Below are positions 33,171-47,528 of a stretch of DNA of 64,000 bases, one piece after another. The notes under the pieces are model-generated. The model did no database searches. It was not told the origin of the DNA and saw only the letters and a list, made by a program, of their open reading frames with translations. Location of the stretch: positions 1,282,984 to 1,346,983 of the forward strand of contig JAKMXF010000310.1 of the NCBI GenBank assembly GCA_024704765.1. The letters run 5' to 3'. The DNA comes from Oopsacas minuta (Eukaryota; Animalia; Porifera). A program made the position numbers and the translations under genes. Numbering within the stretch: the stretch's first letter is position 1; the number at the start of each line of letters is the position of its first letter.

Positions 33171-36100
33171 AAGTCGGAATACATTTAAAGTATATATACC
33201 TAGAATATCCACAAAATCAGAATAACATCTATCAATGTCCGGCTAGTTACATATGGAAACGCTGAATACTAACAACTTCAATAAAATCAATTTCTGGGAC
33301 AAAATTTATACCTACTGCGAGTCAACTCGTCAAAAATACAGAGATGCGTATTGTCACGCCTTCACCGTGAGTCTCACGCTCTATCAAAAAGTGAAAACTC
33401 AAACCATTTTATGTTTCTTCTCCGTGCATTCGAAAGCTGAAATAACAAACTCACTCGTTATGAGAAGAAATCTCAAGGGTTAGCGAGGGCCCAAGTGAAT
33501 GTCATGCAAATATCAACTCATATCAAGTCAACTCGACTCTAACCAACAGGTCCCTAATCTCAACTACTACATACTCAAATCGCCGATAACATCAATTCGC
33601 GCCAAGTCAACTCAACATCGAGTAGCGTGAAATCATCTGATCAACAGCTGGAGGTGGGTGTATAACTAGTAAATTATGGGTCCCCAATCAATTGAAATAC
33701 TCTAAGATAATACCAAGTGGGTGCAAAATAGGTAATAGTTGACTGAAATATTGGTACGAGTTCACCAAAAATGTAGGCAACTTGAATTAGAAAAAAATAA
33801 GGAAATAGAGTAGAGTCAGTAGACTATAGTTAATACCTTCCCAACTGGATTGCCAAAATTCGTGCTCCTGATCTAGAGTACGTATTATCCGAACTAATTT
33901 ACATTGAAAAGGACTCGAAGGGGATTGATAAAGTGACAAATTTGCACTCCATTTCCTGTTTACTCCCTAACCGTATTCGTATTAACGAGACTCTACTGGT
34001 CCATAAAAAAATGAAAAAATTAGGATTCAAGACTTCGTATTGATGGAATCGCTACGTATTGGTTGATTACACCTTCTACATGTAGTTGAGTTTGTATTAG
34101 CGATTTTACTGTAGCAAAGAGGTATTATTTCGCATTTGGTTGTTCATCGTTTGTGAGTTTAAATGGTCTAGATAGAATCATTCACTAATAACAAAAGGGT
34201 CAAAATTAGGCCAAATTTAGTCATGGGTGTGAAATTCATTCAAGACTCGAAATTGTCTGAGCCAGCCCTCATTCAATTCTGAATATACGAACATAAATAT
34301 ACATACATACATAGATCTGTACTATTAGAACGAAATCTATATATATTTTACAGTGAATTTATATACATACGAGCCTTTGGTCGCCGCTTCGCGTTGAACT
34401 CGGAAAATGTGCCTCGAAGTATTCAACGAATAAACAACAATTGGGATTTAATAATATTGGTGTTGTTTATAATATTCAAACTCAGTATATTCGATTACCC
34501 CAGTATAGTCGTTGAAAGTATGATTCTACCTCAATTTTGAAATTCGTCTACTAAATATTCATAAAAACAATGATAAATTCACATATGAGAAACTTGAAAA
34601 TTTTTAACGAATTCTATTTCCTTCCTTGACAAACACGATAAATACATAGTTATACAACAAATTCAACTTTGCACACCCAAAATCCTTTCCTTAACAACGG
34701 ACAAACAAGCAAACAAACAACAGACAATCATTGATATATAATATCATAAATATATGTTTGTACCAACAGAAGAATACAGAAACTGGACAACCCCCACAGG
34801 CTTATTTTTGCATGCAAGGTAATTTTGGGCCTGGCTCGGAAAATTTCGAGCGTTGGACGAAGGTTCACACGTATAACTAAATTATGACATCATTGTTACC
34901 TTTTTGAATCTTGAAAAAACACATTTTGAACTACTGCTCAGCCAATATTCATGGAATTTGATTCACAGGTACACCTCAATGTGACAAATGTCCTGATATC
35001 ATGATTCTAACTAAAACCTAAATCATCAAAGGATTATTACGCCATCATGACTGTCAAAATTCTAAATTATCCAAATTGCGAAAATTTTCAGAATTTCTTA
35101 AAGTGCCGATTTCACTAACCAATAGCAATATAGCATCTTCAGGGTCACAGAGAAGACTATTCAATCTAATTAGGATAGAACATGGATTATAAACTCATTA
35201 TTAAATTTAGAAGTTCAACACAAGTTAACCTGGAGTACTAAGCTGGAGTACTAATCAGCAACCGAAGACCGCTAGTTCAAAGTAATTGAATTAACTTTAG
35301 ATGATCACATCCATATACATGGAAGATGATGCAAGTATTGGTATCTGGAAATCAAACATTTAACCTGTATGTTACTAGATGGGATATCTTACGTAAACAT
35401 ATTTTTACTTGTACTAATTGCTTTCTTTCTAACAAGAGTTAAACAGGAAAATATACAAATTTCATAAAACTAGACTAATGGTTAGCGAATATGCTGAATC
35501 CGAACCACACTTATGGATTTGTCATATACAAATTTAAGTTATTTATATGAATAGAAAGTATACAAAAGTAAACAATTTTAAAAATATCCTAGAAATGTGG
35601 TTTCAACGGTATTGTGGGGTAATCAGGTACGCTGATTCCGAAAATCACACAAACTAATAGTCAAAGCTAGGGCAAAAGGCCGAATACGGACACGAAGTGT
35701 TAGAATCCGCGTGGCGCAAGCAAGCACAGCGCGCTAGCGATAGTTAATATTAGTATGATTTAGTAGGTAATAAACATAAATGTATGTTGAATTTCATATA
35801 TTTAATCGCATATTGGTGCAATCTTCCCACCAGAAAATTACAAATGCTAGACCTATTGTGAATACATACTTAACTCATTCATAAACAGTCTCTTCAAATT
35901 ATTCAATTTCAGCTATTTCATTGAATAATCAAAAACATTTACAATTTTGTAGATCAGTGTTATTAATAATAATTGAGATAACATTTTGATTAGATAATTA
36001 AAACAATAACAGAATTCTCCAATAACAGCTAGTAATTGATCACTGGTACTTTTACTGTTAGGCCATATAATTAGTAGGCCATGGTAATATTAATTTATTG

Positions 36101-36759
36101 GCTTATAAAATAAAGTGAAATGTAAAAATATTCCATCCTGTTTTCTCAATCCATTTCCCTGAAATTGGATGCAAAAATATGTTAGGAAATACCGAATTTT
36201 GATATATGTAGAATTAAAGTTGTTACTATGTACAAACAATATTTATGTATAGAAAAGTGGCTCAAATACCTACATAGAAAAGCATAAATATACTTAGAAT
36301 ATCTAGCTGCGCCATAATGAAGACTCTGTGCATAGGGTTTAGCACGCATACAAGCGAAATAGGCATCCTCAATCACAAAAAAATAATGTGGGAAACGCTG
36401 ATAGTAGTCATACTATCGAGTCCGCACATTTTGATCAAAGGTAAAATTTATAATTCTGATCAGATATTAAGTAGAACATTGCGGCATTGTTGATGAAAGT
36501 ACGACATATATAAGTAATTTAATAAAAAAAACGTAGAAAATTATGTGGGATCCACTGTATAACATACAATTCATACAGAAATGTAAATCTACACCCCACA
36601 ATGAAACATCGGACAAAATCTCAGCTCATAATCGCAAACGCTGTGGAATGAAGAGCGGAAACAGAAAATTACCAAAAACCAAAACCAAAAGTCAGTCATA
36701 TCAAAACTGAGACAAATACTAAGCAGTCGGCACAGTAAAACACTCAAGAATGTACTCAC

Positions 36760-37049
36760 CCAGTATTTGATTTCAGTTCATCGTTAGTGAAGGCAGCGAA
36801 TGAACCCGTATTTTCCAAAGTAATTCGATCTGGAGGATTCAATGACGAAATTCTGGGATGAATATCGGTAGGATTTATGTCATCCCTCACAGGGCTTGAT
36901 ATCGCATCGTATAAGTTGGTTAATGAATCCTGTAAGTCAGGGTCCAACTTGGTGTTTGAGGAAATAAACGGGTATGTTGACTTGTAGGAAAAAGAATTGT
37001 TTGGGATAGTCCCAGGAGAGAAAGTGTGGATATTGTTTTCTGTTGTCAT
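36760..37049 (-). CDS. possible isolated coding exon, product unknown
   Basis: ATG-initiated 97-codon open frame in otherwise AT-rich DNA, ending at a consensus donor G|GTGAGT. No recognisable domain and no linked exons found. Confidence 0.3.
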
Positions 37050-37204
37050 TTAAAATCTACCATGACAGAAATATAAAATATAATATGGGACGAGAAATCA
37101 AGAAAAAGCTAATGTAGTGGCAAAATACGCACAAACTTTGAGCTCAATAATATCAAACTCGTTTAAGCAGTATGATGATAAACGAGATTCATTGTAGTTA
37201 ATTA

Positions 37205-37806
37205 CCGTATTTCCCTGAATAAGCGCCTCGGCGCTTATTCAAACCGGCGCTTATTTTTTTCGTGCACATGAAACTCCAGGCCCTTATTTTGAGGAAGATG
37301 ATAGAAATTAGTTTCCCTAATTAAATAGGTAGTATCTAATAATACATTGATGAAGTTAGTACTATATAAAAGCTACGTAACTATGTAGTGCATTTATAAG
37401 GATCATCCTCGACCTCCTCACACAAATTTTCGTCATCTAGGATAACAATTTGATTTAGTTCGAATTGTTCAAAGTCTAGTTCGTGCGGGTTTTCAGACTT
37501 GTAATCCAACCTCTATTAATCGAGCTTTATACTAATCAGAATGTTTTCACATCACGTAATCAGTTCACACTAACACGTTTATTACGCCTACTTTCAGTTT
37601 TTTAATCGATAGAATCATAATGTAAACATTATTCATTCATTCAAACTTGTGATATATCATATACATATACCTTTACTGATCAATGAATTTCAATCCCTAG
37701 CGTTTATTTAAACGGGCACTTATAATAGACCGGCGCTTATTCTTTTCGTTCATATGAAACCCCCGGCGCTTATTCAAGCCCCCGACGCTTATTCGGGGAA
37801 ATACGG
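37205..37806 (-). mobile_element. 602-bp internal-deletion derivative of the pogo element at 61220-62562
   Basis: TA-CCGTATTTCCC...GGAAATACGG-TA. 37205-37502 is near-identical, in reverse complement, to ~62213-62562. Confidence 0.9.
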
Positions 37807-38379
37807 TAAGTAGACTACGTAAATTGACTGCAGTATGCATGTCTAAGTATTAGGGCTCATTACTACACATTTTACTCTTGTATTCTTGGTTATTAGTTAG
37901 GAAATACAGTGAATTTTGTTATAGGTAAATTCACACATAGTAGTTGGTCGATAATTGGAAAGAATCTTACAATGCCGTCAGAAGAGAAAATTCACTAAAT
38001 ATCAATGATTACAAGAATACATTTTATGAACTCGATAACTAATTGACAGATCGCGAAAATTCGGCTGATTAGACAAAATTTCGCTGCGGATACAAGACTA
38101 ATTATACCACAACAGAATTATCTTCTGATTACTTTGTGAAAGATACAAGTTCGTTTTAACTTCACGGAAAGAATGCAAAGTAACTGCTCAGAATGAAGAT
38201 TTTCACATTACACTATCACCAAATATTCATGTTCCTGAAGTTTAAAAAATTCTATTACTTTAGGGATTATTGAGTATAGTAATTCCGAAAATATTATCAG
38301 TTTTTCTCCATCAGGTCGGATTTTCAAGAAATTGTCATATCAAGTTTTTCAACTTTGAATAAATTTTTAGTCAAAGTCA

Positions 38380-38470
38380 CAGGGTCGTAGCCACTGGTCA
38401 GGTTGTTCAGGTTTCAACCTGACCACTTTTGGTTTCTGAATATCTTCAATATGGCACCACTCAGTCAGGT
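38380..38470 (+). repeat. partial copy of the CAGGG(T/C)CGTAGCCACT MITE family (another at 40273-40350)
   Basis: Shared CGTAGCCACT(G/A)GTCAG...CAACCTGACCA. Confidence 0.6.
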
Positions 38471-40739
38471 TATGGTCGGGTTTCATCTAATTCTTAATAA
38501 CAATTACTACCGAGTCTTATTTGCTAGATCGCTTCGCAACAGCTTTGTGCCTCGGGTTTAGCTAAGTATGAAACAGCTGCGATTAAGTTGGCGCAAGATT
38601 CAACTGAGCAAACATCCATTTAACAGACTCCCCGATAACTGAATCATACAAAATAGGTACTAAATGAAACAAGAGAAGTGAAGTTTAATTATCGATGTAA
38701 ATATTTGACCATCGCTAATTTTCGTGACAAAATTATATTAGCAAAGTGAGCATCACTCTACCTATTAATAAAAAATATCCCTGGTTTATTTCGAATCTGA
38801 AATTGGATATATTTATCCTAGAATAATTAAGATAACGTTAGGTTGCGAAATTTCAAATATTTACGTCTGACTTAAACAATTTCACATTTACACTATTTCA
38901 AACATAAATGCTGAGATTTGATACCAAAGTCCAATATATTAGTCATAAAAAAACAAAATCATGGGAATGTAAATATAATTAATCAATATATTTAATCAAA
39001 CGGACAAAATACGTAATACAAAGATAAAAATATTCATCAAAAATAAATACAATACTACACTGATAAATTACATTATAATCTAGTTTAGCTTTCTTTACTT
39101 GTGGTTATATCATCTGACTTCTAGTTTAGGGAAATAGAGATTATATGTATTTATTGCCCGTATGTCTTAAATAAATCTATCCGTTATCATTAGAAGGTGA
39201 TTAAATCATGACCTTTCCAAATCCTCTCCCGAAAATACCGACATTAATTTCCTATATCAAGCGTGATACCCAAAATATCTGTACTGAATATTAAGGTGAG
39301 AGTTCAGTGTCAATAGTTATGACATGTTCACTGCGAATATTGGACCATCGCGTAGATTTCAAAAATAATACCACTAAGTGACCAAATGCTGTTTTGACGC
39401 TGTTTAGCAATAATTTGTAATACCTATTTTGAATTTCTGATTTACCCTAATAAATTATGCAAATTATCCACTCAATGTTATGTTAGATATATATTATTCA
39501 TAGAAACTATGATCCTTGTCAATAATTGGCAATATACCGACCAGATATGAAGAGTTAGTGGCTGTGGTCTATGCAAAATGTGAGATTATTATTTCATACA
39601 GTATGTGAAAACTAATCCAAAATGGCTTAGGAATTTTTCGGAAATTTTGGCTGATTCTAACAATCCAATCGTCGGTATATCTTGTTTCCATTACTTTAGA
39701 CTAATTAGTAAGCATAATAAATAGTCAATATAATGAATATTGCAACTTTCAACGTCATTCTAGTAACGCTATAGAATATATTTCGAACTGTAAATTTAAA
39801 ATATTGCAACTATAAATATGGATTATGCTATGCCTCGAATATCAATATACTATATACCGAGATCGGTTCAAATGCATTGAGTTTTGAATCTATCGGGATA
39901 TTGGTGAAGTTATATTGAGCTGCTAAATAATGGCCCAAATATTATAGAATTAATTGCAGGAAGAAGATAGCCCCAGAAAATACAGAAAATGTAATACTTT
40001 GCAAATAGTATCGAAATTCCCAAAGCACAAAGGGTGAATATGTGTAGCAGCCAAAAAACAAATTAGTCACATCTCATAATAGATTAGCCCGTTCGCGAAT
40101 TGGTTATATACGAATTACTTGTAAATACGCCTTATGGGTTATTTATACACACATAAAGGGCTTGTTAGTTCAAAAATGCAACTTTGTCAGTTAAACTCAG
40201 AATGTGGCACCTCTAAGGTGCACCACAACTATAATCCACCGATTGATTTTGGTATTTTAGGCTATTATACATCATGGCCGTAGCCACTAGTCAGATTGGT
40301 CAGGATCAACCTGACCAGTCAGTCAGGTTGGTCAGGTTTTGGTCGGATCTCATCTAATTGTTAATTAACGGTATTTAACCAGTTTACAAAGAGCCGAGCA
40401 TTGTAATGTAGTAAGATCTCAGTTAACAAGCTTTCTCTTGTATTTCTTTGCAACATAAGTATGAATATTTTTTGACCTAGTATTGAACTGATCTCAATAC
40501 GTAGCTACTACCTGAGATCGATTTGGATCATTCTTGGCCTTCTGGGTACACTTTTGCCCCACCCCTGAAAAAAATATCTAATAATATCGACTCAGAACTA
40601 TAGCCCTGGCTAGAGTCACACTTTTATATAATATGTACTATACTGAGTATATTCACCTTATTAGCTTATGACTCTCATGGCTACTAATATTAGTGATGAG
40701 TCTCCCCGAATCTTCCTGATGCGCTTCAACATCCAAAGA

Positions 40740-41040
40740 CTTTCTATTTCCAAAGCGATCTTTCGCAGTATCGAAACCAGTGCTGCACTCTGTGTAGTGT
40801 CTATGGTTTGTACTTTGGCTTTTTCTGCACTACGATGAAGGAATAGATGTTGTCTACTGTCACATTCACACCACGGCTTAAAATTGAACTTATAAACTCA
40901 AGCAAGAACATCAGTGATGCCTTTGTAAGCATTTTGTTTAGGGGGTTTATTTATTTGCAATTGCTCGCTAGACAAACCATTTCAGATGGCAGAGAAACCG
41001 CGATACGGGTAGATTGATTCCACTAAATTAAGTTATCCAA
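40740..41040 (-). pseudogene. probable piggyBac transposase remnant
   Basis: Fragments VESIYPYRG and GVNVTVDNIYS resemble piggyBac DE-x2-VPFRG and GRNITxDNFFTS motifs. Short and decayed. Confidence 0.4.
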
Positions 41041-41229
41041 TAATACCAAGGATACCATACTTGTCTCATTCATGAGTCAAATTGGACGCCAAATGATGAT
41101 ACGTGGTCTAAATGTATATGATAATTGGCAGGCCTAGAGTATAAGTTCCAAACTTTGACCTGATATTAAGCAAAATCCAGTTACTACTCTCAGTTAATTA
41201 ATCCTTGTGATTTCAGGCGAAGAAAAGTT

Positions 41230-41700
41230 TCTCCAACTGGAAAATGCTACTGCTAGATTCAAGAACCACCTACTCTGAAAATCTCATGCTGAAGCAGTCA
41301 AGTTGTTGTTACGTTGCCAAATAGCACAAAATATGTTGGGGAACAGCTTAGTAAAGCACATCAAGCGGAAAAAGAGCACGCTAGATAATTTACGATATAT
41401 TATATCTAGCGTTCGCTATCTTGGCAGGTAAGCTCTAGCCCTACGAGGCGACGGAAGTGACGAATCATCAAACTTGATCCAGTTACTTCGTTTAAGAGCT
41501 GACAACAATCCCTAAATACTCCATCGGCTAAATATGAGTGCCCATAAGCAAACTGCAAAGAAGTATCAAAACGAGAAGCTCGAATTGTCTCATAATGTGC
41601 TAAGAAGGATCCTCGAAGACATCCACAGTTTACCATACCTTGCTGATATGGTGGGTGAGGCAACAGAAGTCATTTGGCATGGACATAGCTTTTTGTCATT
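41230..41700 (+). pseudogene. hAT (ZMYM/DUF4371-type) transposase remnant
   Basis: YLGR*ALALRGDGSDESSNLIQLLRLRA...YQNE...VLRRILEDI. Confidence 0.55.
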
Positions 41701-43384
41701 TTTCTCAGAGGGTAACACTTAATATGTGTCGAATAATTAAAGTAGTACAGTGAACCTGCATAAACCTATAGCTGTAAAATCCAAATATCATCTACAACCC
41801 GAGTGTTTCTGATCTGAAATAGCTTCCTGAAATACATATCCACCTGTATAATCAGCCAGTTTGCTAAACCAAAAACCTTTAAGTAGAAACAAGTGTCGGT
41901 TTATGCAGATTCCCCTGTATGAGAAATTGTACATCCCTCCAGCTTTTCTCTATCCTCCCATTCCATCCCGCGTTTTGAATCAACTTGATTTGCCAAATTT
42001 GATAAATGAAATTTTTGAATGTAGTCCCAATGAATAAAGTAACTATATACATGTTCTCATAGACACAGGCGTATTAGGGGAGGGGCAAGTTGGGCATGCC
42101 CCCCCACAATGTCCAATTTTGCGTCCTAAATCTTTTAATGAAATGAGAAAAATTTTATGGCCATTTTTCATATTGTTGCTACTAGAGTTACTGGAAATTT
42201 ATCTCAGTTCTCTGTACTATAAATCCATAAATGTTCTCTGTTGATATGCATGTATATAAAATTATGAATTGTGTAATGAAGTATTTCACCCTTTTGACCC
42301 ACAAATAAAGTTTCCCATATACGCCCATGCCCATAGAATCTGTTGATATTACATCTACCTCATGAAATGTATCAAATGTCACAAATTTTATGCTACTTTC
42401 CCTTCGTCGCGCTTGCTCGACATATCTAGTCACCACACACGTATCAACGTGCGATTTATCTTTACAGCCATCACAGATATGAAAGAATTCACGATGATAA
42501 CAATAATGGTTATGCCTCAACAAAAATCATATGTAGAGATTGAGAGATTATTGCTGGGTAGAAATATTTACATAGAGTAACATACATCATCTATAGGGAT
42601 AAAGAAATTATATGCTGAATATAAATAGAATTTCATATTTTGTTTTGGGAATTTGAAGCTAAATTTTTAGATCCGATACAGCTGAGTGTAGTCTGGTGGA
42701 CTAAAAAATTAATACACTATAACAATCTTTCTTAAATATTCTGAAATAAAAATTTGTAACCGAAATCTGGTGTATATGATGAATAAATGAGTTCATTTGA
42801 GCTTTTGACCATTTATTATATCCATAACATTTGCTTTGCTATTACCGAATAGGAAATGTCCAAAAAGGTAATAGTAAAATTGAGTTTGTAGTTAATATCT
42901 ATACTATTAAACGCAATTAATGTGAGTGTGTATATATATATTCACCCACCAAATGTCCACGAACGCCAAAAACATTAATAGCATTATAAAAGTTCTGATA
43001 TTTAGGCATTATGTAGTCATGTAGTAGTGAATATGGGAACTATGATTTCAGAATCGTATTGTATGCATCTGCTTTCAGCTCATTTAGATATTTTTATATT
43101 GGAATTATCATCAATTGTCACTATAAAAAATTTTTCCAACTGCTACAATTGTAGAATATGAGAACAAGTGGCACATGGCAGCTATAATTGTCAATTATCA
43201 ACCTAAGCAGTAGAACTTGGAAGTGAATGGTCCTGTAATGGACATCAAATGTAAAGAATAGGAATCTGAACTCAAGATATCAACACCTTATATAAATAGA
43301 TTTCACTACTAGTAAACATGAAAGTTAGCTTAATACTTTATCACTATATATTATTAGGTGTATGAACACATTTGGTTGGGGAGC

Positions 43385-43410
43385 ATATATATATATATAT
43401 ATATATATAT
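43385..43410. repeat. (AT)13 microsatellite
   Basis: Direct observation. Confidence 0.95.
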
Positions 43411-46400
43411 TAGGGTGCATCAGTTGCCCATCTCGTGTAAAAAACGTCGGTTACTACTTTTGCGTTATCTATACTGAAATGTTTCATCATAGTCAATTTC
43501 AATGAAATCCATGAAGATTTAGTTGTACAAAAATATATTTTTGTAATAGTGCTGTTTGTAGTGCTTTTTGTTCAGTTTTCGTCAAATTTTGATGAAAAAT
43601 GAAGTTCGATCATTTCTAGATATCTGAAAACTTGGAATTGAGTAGTTTGGTGATGAGTGCATGTCTGTGAATAACACTAATCGATTACCAAGCTTGTAAA
43701 ATTTAGGAGAAATTAGCGAAATAGTTAGTGTTCCTGCTGGTACAATGATGTAAGCCTGAATACTAGAGTATATGGCATTATTGATGACTATGCAATTTAT
43801 CCTCGTAGATATCATACCAAAATATATTATATGTGTATATGAATTGAGTATACACTATAAATCGGCAATAGTGAGTTTTGTAATATCATTGGGGGTTTAT
43901 GACATATGAATGAATAATGAAGAATAATTGCTATCCATGGTCCTGTAACTCAAGAACCTGCCAACTTTATAATGACCAAATTTTTTATATTTTACAAGAA
44001 AGTATCATTACATTATTTAGTACATAAATTTATAGTTTGCATTCCTTCTTTCCACACCTGTTTATTATTTCTATCTAAGCAGTACACAAAATTTACATAA
44101 TGCGCCCGATCAGTATCAGAATATGCAATTCATAGGTAAATAGTTAACCAAATACGGATGAAGTACGTTGAAATCCATCAGTAATAGGTGGATAGATAGA
44201 TATTCTTGGTGGAGTCAATTATGGCTATATTATACGAAACTATGGAATACGCACATTAATACATGATATTATGAATTCAAACCTTTGGGTCAAATCCAAT
44301 TATTTGATGAGGGATGGAAGGCCGAAGGTTAACATGAATTAACAGCTATGGAATAGTCCTAAATGAACGCTACTGTTTCAATGGTTTCGAATATTCGATG
44401 ACAAATTATTATTGCACTGTTCAACGAAGATTCTTCCTGTTTTAAAGAGAGTTTTATGTTATGTTATCAACTATGCTGATTCCGAAAATGGGGACAGTTT
44501 TCCTCCATCACCTCACAATTTAACGATATTTGGCGGAAAATTACAAAATTGCTAAAATATGAGATAGTTTCTTCCGAATACTGAAATACTCATGGCAACA
44601 ATTGTAGATTTCAATCAATAGTATGTTCATATTTCATTTGAAACTGGTAAGAGGTATATTAAGACGAAACAGGTCATTTTTGGTGAGGAAATCTATACTT
44701 TTACAATTAGACTTGACAAAACATAATTAAAGTCTATTCTTGGCATCCGAAAAGATTAGTTAAGCCTACACTGAGCATTCTTGTTTACAATGGGTTACAA
44801 ATACACAATAATTCGAAAATTCATACAATTTGTTGATTATTCCTTTTTGAATACGAAAATCTCTGAAATTTAAGCAATATGTAGTTTTCGATTCAGTTTA
44901 CTTACCTATCTAAACTTTCAATGATTAAGTTTGAATTTAATTGTCCTTTCCAGTCCTTATATTAGGTTCCTTCGTTAACGATTTTAAAATTATCAAATTG
45001 TGACGGGCTTGAGATAATTGGATTTTATTTTTGAAATCAAAATATAATTATTGCTAGGAAAGGTTTGGATTAAAAGAAGAAATATTTTAATGTGAATAAC
45101 GTTGATCAATGTAATTGTTATCATGAAATCAATTTTGTCCGCCATCATTACAAAGTGCTGGCTGCTCCACAGATACAACTCATTTCTCAACATTACTAGG
45201 TTAAGCCATCTCCTTTCTCTAAATAAGTTGAACTAGTTGTAATAAACAAATTTCTTGAGTTTGAAGTAGAGGCGTAGAATAGAGAAATAAGCTAATACTC
45301 GGCCTAGAAAAGTCAGCCAATAATCGACAAAGAACAATGGCTGTGCTTACAGTAGAGGCAACAGGATGTGTAAATGCATTATGCGCTACCGACAACAGGA
45401 TTACTGTGGACCGAGTATGAGTAGTTTGTTTTTTCTTCGGTATTGATGGAAATTTTCGTTCTACTGGTTGATAAAGCATCTTCACTATGGTATTCTGTTA
45501 TGCTATGATATTTCACTGTGAATAGGAGCTTGTATTATGCATTTAGTGGTACTGATTTGTGAATTACAATGGTCTAGTTGTTGAGATCATATTTGTGTAC
45601 CAAGCAAGTGCGACGAAAGTGTACGAATATAAGCAAAAAAACGGGGTGAGGACAGTATACAAACGTTTCACTAGCTATATACAAATATGAAATTAGTGAG
45701 ATAGCGAGGTAAAATCCACATAATCACCATTATAACTAATATTCTGAAATAATCCTATCAAAACTCTACACACCAAATAGATATCGATTTATTACCCAAT
45801 TTACTACAAGGAGATGATTAGTCATCCTGAAAACATCAAGTCATCCAGGAGCAATATTGATACTAATCCAAGGTAAAACACTAGTGGTACGTTTGTGCAC
45901 AGATATATTTGTACAGGAATGTCGTACTGTCTTTATACAAACATCTCCCACCGGAGTACACAAATTACATTTTGACAAAGTCAACTAATTATGCGTAAAT
46001 TCTTTTGTAATCTTAGACATCCTCGAGTAAACTCATGCATTATGAATGCTGAATTAGCTTTCATAGTTGTCAAGTCTCGCAGATCTAAAGAGAGACTCAC
46101 GTATTAGAACACTATCTCACTTTAGTTGTATCAGGGGAGTGGATTCAATTCTGAAGCACTAATAAGACAATTGTAGCTTCAAGAGATAGTATGTTAAGGG
46201 AAGGATACGATATGAACCAATCTTCCTGCAGTTTGTACATATACAAATTTGGTCGTAAACAATTTGGAAATGAAAATTGGGTGAAAAGGCCAGCATATGG
46301 GTTTGAGCTAATACTTGGACAATTGAAAATTTTAGCAAAACCTGGGCATTCCTGGAAAAAAAATGGACAGCATTAAACTGTGTGAAACCTCAGATATTTA

Positions 46401-47528
46401 ACATAGGAGACTTAAATAGTTGATGGAATACACTGATATTAAGTGTATTATATTATAATTAGGGCATCAGATCTTGCAATCAAAAAGTTGGCAAGATCCG
46501 CATCTAAATCCTTTGTGAGAATCGTACGAGGATCGTCGAACCATTTTAACAATTAGGCCCGTGACCTTGATCGGATTTTTCTGAAAAGATCTTGATCCCT
46601 TCTAAATATCTAAAAGTATTAGTGCTATATTCTCAAGTAAGACTGATTAACCAGCAAATGTAGTTACCAACCCGAAACTTTCAATTAAATCTATAGGTCA
46701 TTATTTTAATTAATTAGATCAACGATCCAAAATGTAGATAACAATCTAACATGTTTCTCGTGCTTATTAGTTGTTTATTTATTTCTCAGACAGAATATAA
46801 TGTGGGATTTGTATATATTTCCATCGTTTAGTTTTATGATATTTTTCCGAAAATAATTGTAGGAAATACCGGTTTCGCCACTAGGCAGAATCAAAGTTGT
46901 TACAATATACGTATTAACAAATATTTACTTATAGAAGTGTGGCTTAAGTATAATTACCTAAATAAAATCGCGTAAATATTAATTATATTGCTTTTTGAAG
47001 AAAGTACATACCAGTGTAAAAGCCCAGCTTATACCTCCGTCCTCGAATATACCCGATTTAATCTGTGCAAGCTCAGACTATACCCAGGTATATTCTGTTC
47101 TCGCCTAGATTATACCCCCGGGCGTGAAGTAGGCTAGCCCAGAATACACCCTTATGGGAGCGCATTCTGGGCTAGGACCGAATATACCCGGTATTAACTG
47201 TCCTAGGACAGATTATACCCCTAACCCTGATATACACCGAGCAGGCCCCAATATTTTCCATCATAATAGTGATACAATTGGAAAATTTGTGAAAGAGAAT
47301 TCGTACAAAATATGCCATGAATTGCATTTCCGATATTCAATTTGTCTTCTACGTATTCGAATTACCCAGATAGTGTACGCTTTCTCTAGAGAATGTAATT
47401 GAGAAACTAATAATTATAAGGAGACTAGCAAGAATACGAGTGTTAATTAGTGCTCTAATACTAATGACGCTCTAATAGTACTAATGATGCTAATGAACTA
47501 ATTACTAATATTCCGAAATGTTGCAAGT

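Noticed and set aside
33253-33366. Plus-strand exon candidate ending in GTGAGT
   Set aside because: It sits in the upstream region of the second Transib-like remnant, is short, and has no recognisable domain.
35110-35170. Hammerhead ribozyme-like CTGAAGA...GAAA on the minus strand
   Set aside because: Stems II and III do not pair convincingly.
42188-42523. Helicase-like motif VDVISTDSMGMGV
   Set aside because: A single short resemblance with no other helicase motifs or convincing splice structure.
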